From positions 7,375 through 71,374 of the forward strand of contig CAZBLC010000002.1 in NCBI GenBank assembly GCA_964492835.1: 64,000 nt of DNA, read 5' to 3'. The notes below the pieces were generated by a model, which made no database searches, was not told the DNA's origin, and saw only the letters and a list, made by a program, of their open reading frames with translations. The first letter of the stretch is position 1. Each line of letters starts with the position of its first letter. The position numbers were made by a program, and so were the translations under genes. Source of the DNA: an uncultured Candidatus Saccharibacteria bacterium. GTDB lineage: Bacteria; Patescibacteriota; Minisyncoccia; Phycocordibacterales; PALSA-1337. Below are positions 37,824-47,157 of the stretch, piece after piece.

Positions 37824-37960
37824 TCGTGATACTGTAAGTTTGTTATAAATTTAATTTTGTTCCCTTTAAAGATATTGAAATTGAGTGTCATACCTATGAC
37901 TTTATCCGGATATTTTCTGATTACACTTGGTTAGTTTCTGATTGAGGCGAACTATTTCGC

Positions 37961-39490
37961 ATGTCATTAAAATTAGTAGCTTTGTTTTTAAGTATCGCTG
38001 GTATAACCGGTATTGGTATCGGTTATTATCTGCGCCTAATTATCTCTCTAGGTAAGAAAGGGTCAATGGAACTAGAGATTAAGGAAATGCTTCTAACTGC
38101 AAAGGAGGAAGCTAAGAGAATTACAACTGAAGCTGATGTTAAATCAGCTAAGTTTCTTGAAGAAGTTAGAGTTGAATCTAAGGAGAAGGAAGACAAGATA
38201 CAGCAAACTGAGGCTAGATTGATCAAGAAGGAGGATCTTCTAGACAAAAGACAGACTGATATAGACAAAGAGATTGAATCTATCAAGCAAAAGGTGGCTG
38301 AAATCAAGGTAATTAAGGAAAGAGCTGATAAATTGGAGGCTGAGAAGGCTCAGGCCCTAGAGAAAGTTGCCCAAATGACTAATGACGAGGCTAAACAGAC
38401 ACTGTTTAAGAATATTGAGAAGAATGTTAGTGATGATCTACTTGCACGTATTTCTAAACTAGAACAGAGTGGCGAGGAGACACTAGAGAAGAAAGCTCAG
38501 GAGATACTCGCTATTTCAATACAGAGACTAGCTAATTCTGTTAATTCAGATGTAATGTCTACATCTATAGCCATAGCTAGTGATGATATAAAGGGTAAGA
38601 TAATTGGTAAGGAAGGTAGAAATATCAAAGCTTTCGAAAGAGCTACTGGTGTTGAGGTTATCGTTGATGATACTCCAGGTTTCATAACAATCTCTTCTTT
38701 TGACCCAGTTAGACGACATATTGCTAAGGTTGCGCTTGAGGAACTGATTAAAGACGGACGTATACAGCCTGCCAAGATTGAGAAGGTAGTAGATGAGTCT
38801 AAGGCTAATATTAATAAGATAATAAAGGAGAAGGGAGAACAAGCGGTATATGAGTGTGGAGTTATAGGTCTAGACCCTCGTATTGTACTAATACTAGGAA
38901 GACTGCACTTCAGAACAAGTTATGGACAGAATGTTTTACAGCATTCTATAGAGATGAGTCACATAGCTGGAATGATTGCTGAGGAAATAGGGGCTAATGT
39001 TGCTGTAGCTAAAGCTGGTGCCCTTCTACATGACCTAGGTAAAGCTCTAGATCATGAGGTTTCAGGTACACATGTTGAGATTGGTAGAAGAATATTGCAA
39101 AAGTTTGGTGCTAGTGAGGATATTGTGAAAGCAATGCAAGCTCATCATGAGGAATATCCTTATGAAACAGTTGAATCACGTATAGTACAGACTGCTGACG
39201 CTATATCTGGAGCTAGACCTGGAGCTAGACATGATAGTATAGAGAACTATCTAAAGAGACTAGGTGATCTAGAAGCTATTGCTAACAACTTCCCTGGTGT
39301 AGAGAAGTCATATGCCCTACAAGCTGGACGTGAGATACGTATATTCGTGACTCCAGAGAAGGTTACTGATCTTGAAGCGAAGAATATGGCAAGAGATATT
39401 GCACTGAAGATTGAGAAGGATCTTAAATATCCAGGAGAGATTAAGGTAACTATCATACGTGAGACTAGAGTAATTGACTTTGCTAGGTAA
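37961..39490 (+). CDS. rny: ribonuclease Y
   Basis: N-terminal TM, coiled coil, KH (IIGKEGRNI), HD (LLHDLGK). Confidence 0.97.
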   Translation: MSLKLVALFLSIAGITGIGIGYYLRLIISLGKKGSMELEIKEMLLTAKEEAKRITTEADVKSAKFLEEVRVESKEKEDKIQQTEARLIKKEDLLDKRQTDIDKEIESIKQKVAEIKVIKERADKLEAEKAQALEKVAQMTNDEAKQTLFKNIEKNVSDDLLARISKLEQSGEETLEKKAQEILAISIQRLANSVNSDVMSTSIAIASDDIKGKIIGKEGRNIKAFERATGVEVIVDDTPGFITISSFDPVRRHIAKVALEELIKDGRIQPAKIEKVVDESKANINKIIKEKGEQAVYECGVIGLDPRIVLILGRLHFRTSYGQNVLQHSIEMSHIAGMIAEEIGANVAVAKAGALLHDLGKALDHEVSGTHVEIGRRILQKFGASEDIVKAMQAHHEEYPYETVESRIVQTADAISGARPGARHDSIENYLKRLGDLEAIANNFPGVEKSYALQAGREIRIFVTPEKVTDLEAKNMARDIALKIEKDLKYPGEIKVTIIRETRVIDFAR

Positions 39491-39522
39491 AATAATTTAG
39501 AAATAAAAAAATAGACAAAACA

Positions 39523-39548
39523 AAACCGCATGGCGAACCATGCGGTTT
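39523..39548. terminator. hairpin terminator after rny
   Basis: AAACCGCATGG-cgaa-CCATGCGGTTT. Confidence 0.8.
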
Positions 39549-39558
39549 GAGGGTGGCC

Positions 39559-39987
39559 TTACTTTGAGAAGACCACGAACTCATAGGGGGAAATGAAAAT
39601 CTTTCCCCCGATCTTACTAATCGGCAATTCCACCCAATCATACCGCTTTGGATGGTGAGGGTGGGGATCCATGTTCAAAGTTGGCACATGGAGAATCTCA
39701 CTCCGTGCCAAAGTGACACGTGACACCGACCGACGGATCTTGCCTCTGTGCTTGAGACACAGAAGCCGACTTACCGGTGCATCCTTGCGACGACATTCCT
39801 TACGAAACATCTCCTTCGCAAAATTATCCACCTCGCCACTGCCGGCGAATTTGGAATACCCAAGCCCTCGAGCACACGCCCGAATTTGAGCGAGGGTATA
39901 ATACCCTCCTTGAGTATTCCACGGGCACACAGCAATCTGCTCTGTGCCAAACCAAACACTACCAATCGGAAGAACTTCAATCTTCAT
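39559..39987 (-). CDS. hypothetical basic protein
   Basis: ORF in GC-rich islet, no recognisable motif; start uncertain (39987 or 40011). Confidence 0.5.
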   Translation of the reverse strand: MKIEVLPIGSVWFGTEQIAVCPWNTQGGYYTLAQIRACARGLGYSKFAGSGEVDNFAKEMFRKECRRKDAPVSRLLCLKHRGKIRRSVSRVTLARSEILHVPTLNMDPHPHHPKRYDWVELPISKIGGKIFISPYEFVVFSK

Positions 39988-40099
39988 CTTATGTGATTTC
40001 CAATTTTTCAACCGACTCTATGAATCCACAATAATCTTTCAATTATGGACTCAAAAAAGTGAAGGATTTTTGCATCAGAATCCTCCAAAAACTCGAACA

Positions 40100-40954
40100 T
40101 CACCTAGGTTTGACAATCACTCCAGCAAACCCACGAACCGGATCGCCATAAGGTTCACCGACCCGATTTGGGAAAGTGGCCGCCCATGACATAAAATCCT
40201 GCACGATCTTAGGGGCCGTGTGTCCACCGAGAACAATCTTCCTATTGCCTGTCGGCTTTTGTGTCCGATCCTTGTCACAAATATCAGCCACGTAGGACTC
40301 ACCGGACCTAAGAGCTGCCTCTGGCAACTCTTCCACAAATCCAATGGTCCGCAGATCGCGGACTCCGTTATCAAACTTGGGAGCGGACTTGAGTATGGTC
40401 ACCGCCTTCCCAATGATTGCTTCCAGGATCCCAGGATCAGCCTTGTGGGCCAGACTCGGAATCCCTGCGTAGAACGCCACCTTCTCCGAAAGACGATGGA
40501 GACGAATGGCATCCGGGGTCACCATCTGGCACCGGCCAGCGTAAGCGGCGGCTGGACAATGGTCGCTTGCTGCGACCAAGAGTTGATACTCCGTCGGCTT
40601 GAGGCCGAGAAACATCAACAACTGTCCGAGGGATGAACCTTCGAAATACAGTTCAGGCGGAAACCCGAATCCGTAATCCCCAGGATTATGGTGGTCGCAA
40701 CGCGCGACCACCTCGAGCGAACCGGCGCATGCCGGATTGCATTCGAAGATAATGGCTCCGGTCAACTCTTCAGCTAACCCACCATCAACCACAAATCCGT
40801 CAGCCTTGTAGGCAGTGCTGGCCGAAACCAGCTGACCTTGAAATGTCGCCGTGGCGACAATATAGCCGACCGATTCAGCCGCCTTCCGGGCTTCTGCTTC
40901 CTCAACATCAGTCATACCGAAGATGACTACCGTATTTTTAGGTATAGCTTTCAT
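40100..40954 (-). CDS. DHH-motif protein resembling CRISPR-associated NrN-type phosphodiesterase
   Basis: FG..D.E, IFEC, CDHH, SSLGQL..FLGL..TEYQLLVAASD; family link recalled, not searched. Confidence 0.6.
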   Translation of the reverse strand: MKAIPKNTVVIFGMTDVEEAEARKAAESVGYIVATATFQGQLVSASTAYKADGFVVDGGLAEELTGAIIFECNPACAGSLEVVARCDHHNPGDYGFGFPPELYFEGSSLGQLLMFLGLKPTEYQLLVAASDHCPAAAYAGRCQMVTPDAIRLHRLSEKVAFYAGIPSLAHKADPGILEAIIGKAVTILKSAPKFDNGVRDLRTIGFVEELPEAALRSGESYVADICDKDRTQKPTGNRKIVLGGHTAPKIVQDFMSWAATFPNRVGEPYGDPVRGFAGVIVKPR

Positions 40955-41090
40955 CTTTTTTACTTGTCGAGATTTTCCTTTAGATCCACCACATCATGTG
41001 ACAGATCTATTAAGAAACCCGAATTCACGAATCGGGTTCTGGTTTACAACTTAGTAAACCTCGGCGTGTTTAGGTAACACGCGACCATCT

Positions 41091-41579
41091 TTACTTCAGC
41101 CATGAGAGCGTCGTAGCCTCACGGTCAAGTCTTCCGAGAGTTGGGTGGGTGAGGTCGCCTATGCCAAGCTTTGAAAAATAGTTGGCAAATTTTGATACCG
41201 TCCACTCTTCATAATGACTGAACTCCCAGTCATTACAGCAACCGCCACTCATGTCGTCGTAGATCGCGACGGTGCCCTTCTCCTCACCATACTGGGCGAG
41301 GAAAATTTTGTTTTGAGCCTCCAACTTGTCGAGGAATCTCTTCCTCGCAAGAAGCTCGAGATCTGAACCAAGTAGATTCAGACGTTCGTCGTCATCCCAG
41401 ACCAGATCAATGATCTGGCCCACCTCGAGGTGGTAAAGGGTGGTCGAAACAACCCCATGATCTCCACCACCACGAAAGATGTGGACTGCCACGTGTTGGT
41501 AGGCCTCACCCGGAGCGAAGCTCCAGGAGAGAACGCGTCCTTTGACGCGTTGGCCTTTTTTGCTAAAAAACCAAGACAT
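41091..41579 (-). CDS. hypothetical protein
   Basis: 162-aa ORF co-oriented with islet genes. Confidence 0.6.
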   Translation of the reverse strand: MSWFFSKKGQRVKGRVLSWSFAPGEAYQHVAVHIFRGGGDHGVVSTTLYHLEVGQIIDLVWDDDERLNLLGSDLELLARKRFLDKLEAQNKIFLAQYGEEKGTVAIYDDMSGGCCNDWEFSHYEEWTVSKFANYFSKLGIGDLTHPTLGRLDREATTLSWLK

Positions 41580-41887
41580 AATAAATTTTCCTTCTCAGAA
41601 TCACACTTGCACCAACAATAGGTACAATATGCAATCCCTCTTACCCCACCAATGTTTAAGTTTTTTACGCTATCTATATAGTGAGGCGAAGAGGAATAAC
41701 ATTGCAGTTGTCTGTTTACACAGACCATTGTTCTGCGTTCTCCATATTCGCTATTTAGTTATCAAATAACTTTCTGCTTTTCGATCCTTTTGGACCTTCA
41801 TCAGTCGGAATGCACATTCCGAGAAGCAACCCATTCGCTCAATGGGTAGAGTTAAGTTTTCTAGGTTCACCTACAACCTTGCCACGA

Positions 41888-42268
41888 CTAGTAGCTGTGG
41901 AGCTCCCGAAAGCCAGCGAATGAGAAGACGAGCTCCTTCTTCACCGTGCCATCAGACTGGGGAATGTCTTTCGACACTCGAGGGGTCACCGACTCCACCA
42001 GCTTAGCACCGGTCTTACGGCCGATGGCGTTGATGGCAGCGGCCAGCTGTTGCTGGCCCATGCAGTGGAGGGTGTCCCCCTCCTTGATGCCACCGACTGC
42101 GGTGACCACTGCCTCGGCCCGCTGGACGAACCAGTCACGGCTGAGGTTCGCGTCGTCCGGCACCACCAAGAGTTTCTTGTCCTGGAGCTGGACCACCTCG
42201 CCAACCGCCTGAGCGGCAGCGATCTGGTCGGCGGTAGGAGCGTGTTGCATGACAAAGATGAATTTCAT
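41888..42268 (-). CDS. Csx20-like protein (putative ring-nuclease-type fold)
   Basis: 126 aa from ATG 42268; QH.PT.DQ, GDT....G, T.RVS.D....DGTVKK..VF.F.GFRE..Y. Confidence 0.65.
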   Translation of the reverse strand: MKFIFVMQHAPTADQIAAAQAVGEVVQLQDKKLLVVPDDANLSRDWFVQRAEAVVTAVGGIKEGDTLHCMGQQQLAAAINAIGRKTGAKLVESVTPRVSKDIPQSDGTVKKELVFSFAGFRELHSY

Positions 42269-42452
42269 GGCTAAAATGTCAACTATACTCAGGTAGTAAA
42301 GCGTAAGTGCTTCCTTTTCCTTTGTATCTTGTATAATCATAACACAATGAACACATTTGTCAATTGGTGTTATTCGTATTTTCCTTGTTAAATAACAATA
42401 TTCGTAATATACTTGTCTTGTATGCTTAATATTGTCATAACTTTGTAACAAA

Positions 42453-43208
42453 ATGAATGAGAAAGTACTAATAGACTGTGGTTTGAGTTTAGAGCAAGCA
42501 AAAATATATACCTATATAATAACGAATGGTCTTTCTACTGCAAAGGTAATATCATCCATAACCGGTGTAGGTAGAGCGCTAACATACAAGATATTAGATC
42601 AATTAGAGGGTTTTGATCTGGTTGAAAAGAGAGAGGACATTAGTAAGATAGCCCTTTTCTCCCCCAAACACCCAAGAAATCTTAAAAATATGATAGATGA
42701 GAAGAAAAGGGGTCTAGAGCATGCGTATAACGATTTTAATAAAGTATATGGACTTCTCTCTTCAGAGTTCAACGCACTTATTGGAAGACCGAATGTTCAG
42801 TTCTACGACGGAGTCGAGGGTATATCGAAGGTACATGAAGACATATTAGATGTAGCTCAAGACATAATGGTCATAAGTTCACCAATTAAAGAAGGGCGTC
42901 AAGAAGTATTGCATTTAATAAAGGAACAGATTGAAAAGCAGGTCGCAAAGAATATCAAGACTAAAGCCATAGCACCACACTTAGATGGGCAAAAAATTGC
43001 TACACCAATCGAGGAGGACGAAAAGTATCTTATTACTAGAAAGAAGGTTTCTATAGATAAATTGAATATTCCAGCCCAAATTATTCTATATGGCGATAAG
43101 GTATCAATAACAAACTTCAAGGAAAACATTATTACTGTTGTTATAGAGAGTAGACACATAACTGAAACGTTTAGAGTAATGTTCAATTATATTTGGAATC
43201 ACGACTGA
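42453..43208 (+). CDS. TrmB-family transcriptional regulator
   Basis: GLS.EQAKIY wHTH, P.VQFYDG.EG, IILYGDKV, F..MF..IW. Confidence 0.9.
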   Translation: MNEKVLIDCGLSLEQAKIYTYIITNGLSTAKVISSITGVGRALTYKILDQLEGFDLVEKREDISKIALFSPKHPRNLKNMIDEKKRGLEHAYNDFNKVYGLLSSEFNALIGRPNVQFYDGVEGISKVHEDILDVAQDIMVISSPIKEGRQEVLHLIKEQIEKQVAKNIKTKAIAPHLDGQKIATPIEEDEKYLITRKKVSIDKLNIPAQIILYGDKVSITNFKENIITVVIESRHITETFRVMFNYIWNHD

Positions 43209-43320
43209 TTTTGCTAAAAAATAAATAGTATTGTCTAATTTAACCCCTATTGCGCGAAAAGTGCCTTAATATATAATTATATGGAGGTTAGAAATCATTA
43301 TTAATTAATATTGAATAACT

Positions 43321-43593
43321 ATGAACAAAGCAGGAATTGTAGATGCAGTACACGCAGTACTAGGAGGAACAAAGGTACAAGCTGAACAAGCTGTTGAGAC
43401 TTTGTTAAACTCAATCATCGGATCTCTAAAAAAGGGTGAGGAAGTTTCTATCGCAGGTCTAGGTATCTTCTCAGTAAAGGAAAGAGCAGCTCGTGATGCT
43501 CGTAATCCTCGAACTGGAGAGACAATCAAGGTACCAGCTATGAAGGTGCCTAAGTTCAGAGCTGCTAAAGCTTTGAAGGATGCAGTAAAATAG
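43321..43593 (+). CDS. hup: DNA-binding protein HU
   Basis: MNK, GLGIF, ARNPRTGE, PKFRA. Confidence 0.97.
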   Translation: MNKAGIVDAVHAVLGGTKVQAEQAVETLLNSIIGSLKKGEEVSIAGLGIFSVKERAARDARNPRTGETIKVPAMKVPKFRAAKALKDAVK

Positions 43594-43609
43594 AATACGA
43601 GGTATATAT

Positions 43610-43642
43610 AACAAAAAGACCGCATAATACGGTCTTTTTGTT
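43610..43642. terminator. bidirectional terminator
   Basis: AACAAAAAGACCG-cataata-CGGTCTTTTTGTT. Confidence 0.85.
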
Positions 43643-43644
43643 TA

Positions 43645-43929
43645 TCACTCCCCTTCCTCACTCTTTGTTAAACTCAAGCTACCATCCTTAGCAATCTTAA
43701 TCTCTACCACTCTGTGTTTATCTACTTCACTAGTAAAAGTGAATATTCTACCCTCTCTAGTCATTGTATAGTTACCAATATCACATCTATTCTCACTAAT
43801 TGAACAGAATTTATCCATTCTATCCATAACCTTATTCAAATTTGACTGGGTATTAAGTCGTATACTAAAAAGTATAACGACAAGGATGATTGTAAGAAAA
43901 ATAAGTGTTCCTCTTAAAAATCCGTTCAT
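43645..43929 (-). CDS. small membrane-anchored hypothetical protein
   Basis: 94 aa from ATG at 43929 (overlaps the A of tRNA CCA); N-terminal TM. Confidence 0.6.
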   Translation of the reverse strand: MNGFLRGTLIFLTIILVVILFSIRLNTQSNLNKVMDRMDKFCSISENRCDIGNYTMTREGRIFTFTSEVDKHRVVEIKIAKDGSLSLTKSEEGE

Positions 43930-44002
43930 GGTGCGGGACGGGGGAATCGAACCCCCATCTACACATTGGAAGTGTGTCATTTTACCACTAAACTAGTCCC
44001 GC
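43929..44002 (-). tRNA. tRNA-Gly(TCC)
   Basis: GCGGGAC...ACACA-CT-TCC-AA-TGTGT...GGTTCGATTCC...GTCCCGC-A-CCA. Confidence 0.96.
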
Positions 44003-44045
44003 TTATATTAAAATTTAAGAACTTTATCTATACTAGCAAGAATTT

Positions 44046-44495
44046 TTAATTTTTGCCACTATTCTCGCCTGTTTGTGGATGATTATGCTTTATCTCCTCC
44101 TTTATCTCATCCATCTCCTTCTTGATATCCAATATTGCTTCTTCTAGAACTACTATCTCCTTTTCTTCTTCTTCTATATCCTTCTTTGTCTTGTCAGCAC
44201 TCTTCTTCTGTTGCTTAAGTCCTGATATTAGGATTGTATCTCCAATGAAGTACGAAACAAACAATCCTGTAGCTAGAAGTATTACTACGGTAATGATCAT
44301 ACTTACTGGTTCATAGAAAAGAAAACCTAGTATTCCCCCTTTAGCTTGTAGTATGTCTGCTGTATGCCATATACCCCTCCAAAACAATACTATGGCCACA
44401 CTACCTATTAGAGTATATACAACCGGGAAACGACTTAAATTCCCTCTTACACCATCTTCAAATTTATCAAAAAAATCTACAACCTTTTTAATCAT
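44046..44495 (-). CDS. membrane protein with coiled-coil tail
   Basis: 2 TM, VLFWRGIW motif. Confidence 0.8.
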   Translation of the reverse strand: MIKKVVDFFDKFEDGVRGNLSRFPVVYTLIGSVAIVLFWRGIWHTADILQAKGGILGFLFYEPVSMIITVVILLATGLFVSYFIGDTILISGLKQQKKSADKTKKDIEEEEKEIVVLEEAILDIKKEMDEIKEEIKHNHPQTGENSGKN

Positions 44496-44507
44496 AAATG
44501 TATTATA

Positions 44508-45872
44508 TCATCCCTTTGGATCAAAAATAGAGGGATTAGGGTTTTCTCCAGACAAAATTCTAGAAATTCTGCGTCCTCCATATACAGACGGTATGATTCC
44601 TATACCATTGCAACCCAAGTTGTATAGCAATACCCTATTTTTTGGTTCCGCTCCTATTAATCTAATTCTATTAGGTGTGTAACCCATAAGACCGTGCCAT
44701 GTAAACTCATAGTCAATCTTACGGTTAGGATCAGAATCATATTCTTTCTTAATAAATTGATCTATTTTTGTAGGAATTTCATCTGGATAATCATAATTCC
44801 TCATATACTCAGCTTTATCATCCAGAGCTATCTCTGGTCCTCCCATACATACCAAGTTATGCTTCTTATCGCCATACTCATGAGGTCTTCTGGTTAGATA
44901 CAAGTACTCTGCCTTTGGGTCAGTTGGGTCATAATCATCAGTCCAATATGCTATAGCAGTTGGTGGTTTGTTTATATTCTCTAGATATCCAGACATATAA
45001 CCAACAGTTCCACCAACTAAGTGGTGAAAGTTCTTGTCTATAGCCAATCCACCGTCATTAAATATATCGAAATTCTCAAATCCATTTGTGCACAAAATTA
45101 TCTTACTAGCGTTTATCGTATGCTTTTCCACATCAAGTAGTCCGTGTTTCTCCTTCAGAACTATCTTGTTGACCCTAGTTTCTTCATACAAAGTGAATCT
45201 ATCCTTATACTTTTCCAACAAGAACAGAGCTATCTCCTGACAGAACAAAGCTGAATTCATACATGCCGCATCGTCTGAGTATAGGGCGTGAAAACTTTCA
45301 TCTTTTGTCTCCATCCTCTTTAATATTTCAGACTGTGGAACTAGTCTATACAGATTCTTGTAAATCCTAGGTATTGAATCCACAAAAGGTGCTGTTTCAC
45401 TAACTAAAAAAGTATTTTGATGTATTCCTGATCTAACTTCCATCTCTAAATCTCCAAGAGCCCTCAAGACTTGGTAAAGGTTTGAATATCCTATGTTTCC
45501 CTTAGTCTTAGAGAAGACTATATCAAGCTTTGCATCCTCATACATTTCGTCTATGAGTAACCAAGTTGAATTTAGAGCTTGTATAGCATCTTTTGTCATA
45601 TCAAATCCAAACTCTTTCTCTATATCAACCAATGGTCTTTCGAAACGTGCCACTACTTGTCCGGCATTATGACCTGTTGCACCATGAGCCAATCTTCCCT
45701 GGTCTAATATGACTACCCTTTGCTTAGTATATTTGAGAGTAAAGAAAGCTGTAGATATTCCAGCTATCCCCGCACCGATAATAGCGACATCAGTATCTAA
45801 ATCCTTATTAAGAGAGATAGATTTCCTCTCATGATCTAGTTGATGTATCCACGGTGACTTATTAATTCTCAT
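44508..45872 (-). CDS. FAD-dependent oxidoreductase (DAO/PuuB-like)
   Basis: IIGAGIAG, GATGHNAG, W.GLMGYT, GCNGIG. Confidence 0.9.
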   Translation of the reverse strand: MRINKSPWIHQLDHERKSISLNKDLDTDVAIIGAGIAGISTAFFTLKYTKQRVVILDQGRLAHGATGHNAGQVVARFERPLVDIEKEFGFDMTKDAIQALNSTWLLIDEMYEDAKLDIVFSKTKGNIGYSNLYQVLRALGDLEMEVRSGIHQNTFLVSETAPFVDSIPRIYKNLYRLVPQSEILKRMETKDESFHALYSDDAACMNSALFCQEIALFLLEKYKDRFTLYEETRVNKIVLKEKHGLLDVEKHTINASKIILCTNGFENFDIFNDGGLAIDKNFHHLVGGTVGYMSGYLENINKPPTAIAYWTDDYDPTDPKAEYLYLTRRPHEYGDKKHNLVCMGGPEIALDDKAEYMRNYDYPDEIPTKIDQFIKKEYDSDPNRKIDYEFTWHGLMGYTPNRIRLIGAEPKNRVLLYNLGCNGIGIIPSVYGGRRISRILSGENPNPSIFDPKG

Positions 45873-45918
45873 AAAAAAACAAATTTTATGAGTAGATTAT
45901 ACCACAAACACTTTATTG

Positions 45919-45991
45919 TCGGAGCGCCGGGATTCGAACCCGGAGTCGCCTCTTCCCAAAAGAGGAATGTTAGCCGTTACACCACGCTCCG
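45919..45991 (-). tRNA. tRNA-Pro(TGG)
   Basis: CGGAGCG...CCTCT-TT-TGG-GA-AGAGG...GGTTCGAATCC...CGCTCCG-A; CCA not encoded. Confidence 0.96.
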
Positions 45992-46228
45992 ATATAGAGA
46001 TTATACTAGCATATGGATTATATAAAAGCCAAAATAATATAGTTATTGATACGCAAGCACCACTATTAGAGACGTGACCCTTATGTTCTTAAGCATCACA
46101 GGACATGTCCACAATAACAATTCCTATATTTCTACATGGTTATAAACAGACAGTGTTTATAACCTAAAAAGACAAAGGACACGAATATAGGCCATATTTT
46201 GTCTGTCTTATACCCACTATCCCCAATG

Positions 46229-46237
46229 TTATCCACA
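46229..46237 (+). promoter_or_regulatory. DnaA box (consensus)
   Basis: TTATCCACA with degenerate boxes nearby. Confidence 0.5.
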
Positions 46238-46263
46238 GTTTTACATAAAGTACCTACAAAATG

Positions 46264-46334
46264 TGCGGGTAGCGAGACTCGAACTCGCATTTTAACATTG
46301 GCAATGTCATGTTCTGCCCTTAAACTATACCCGC
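46264..46334 (-). tRNA. tRNA-Gly(GCC)
   Basis: GCGGGTA...TGACA-TT-GCC-AA-TGTTA...GTTCGAGTC...TACCCGC-A. Confidence 0.95.
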
Positions 46335-47003
46335 AATGTAATTTTCCTGACTTAATTCGATAGCAAGCATCTCAATCCACTTCATAATCTTGCATTTTAA
46401 GTATGCACTAGAAACTCCAACACTGCAAACTCCGTATGATAATCTTCGAGTCTTGTGTTTGCCCAGTATAACCATACTCTTATTGAAATCCTCCGGTTTT
46501 AAGCCAGCATTATTAATCCAGTATTCTTTACACTTATCCTCATCTAAATCAGGATACAAAAGCAACCAAGCCTTCATCTTAGGACCTTCAAAACCACAAA
46601 TATTCTTTAAGAAACTCAAGAATAGCTTGATCATCAAAGGCTCAGTATTAGCAACACAACAATTGCTTTTAGAACTTTTATTACCCTCTCCCCAATAGAT
46701 CATTAAGCCAGATATAAACAGAGGGTGATACTTCAACAGATCAAACTCTTCAATCGCTTCCTTTCTAGCCTGCTCGTATAGTTGTTTAAGGTTATCACCT
46801 CTTATCTTATTAAGTCTCTGTATACGAACAATATGTGACTTCTTTGCCCTTTCTGAGAGTTTTTTAGATAGATCATTTGACCAATTCTGGTTTCTAAACC
46901 AGTCAGAAAGCGTGCTTTTAGGAACTCCTAATTCCGAAGCTATCTGATTATAGCTCTTTCCATCTCTTCTAAGTGATATAGCTTGTTCCTTATCTTTACG
47001 CAT
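46320..47003 (-). CDS. HTH plus LAGLIDADG-like domain protein
   Basis: LRRDGKSYNQIA..LGVPKSTLS.W HTH; GLMIYWGEG, NTEP.MI; last codons overlap tRNA-Gly. Confidence 0.8.
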   Translation of the reverse strand: MRKDKEQAISLRRDGKSYNQIASELGVPKSTLSDWFRNQNWSNDLSKKLSERAKKSHIVRIQRLNKIRGDNLKQLYEQARKEAIEEFDLLKYHPLFISGLMIYWGEGNKSSKSNCCVANTEPLMIKLFLSFLKNICGFEGPKMKAWLLLYPDLDEDKCKEYWINNAGLKPEDFNKSMVILGKHKTRRLSYGVCSVGVSSAYLKCKIMKWIEMLAIELSQENYIAGIV

Positions 47004-47079
47004 ATGTGTAAAGTATATCACACGAGTTCGGTAAGCAAAAGTTAGAAATCTTATGTCTAATTTTTAAAGTATATCTTTG

Positions 47080-47151
47080 TGCACCCGGAGGGACTCGAAC
47101 CCCCAATAAATGCTTCGAAGGCACTTGTGATATCCATTTCACTACGGGTGC
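47080..47151 (-). tRNA. tRNA-Arg(TCG)
   Basis: GCACCCG...AGTGC-CT-TCG-AA-GCATT...GGTTCGAGTCC...CGGGTGC-A. Confidence 0.95.
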
Positions 47152-47157
47152 GAACAT

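Noticed and set aside
42269-42451. N-terminal 61 aa of the 187-aa ORF in the track
   Set aside because: AT-rich promoter region (TTGACA-N16-TATGAT on the minus strand); coding-like composition starts at ATG 42268.
43236-43266. Possible dif site (GTTAAAT arm), given a Xer gene in the window
   Set aside because: No properly spaced second arm; only a partial XerD-like half.
43930-43980. N-terminal extension of ORF 43645-43980
   Set aside because: This sequence is tRNA-Gly(TCC).
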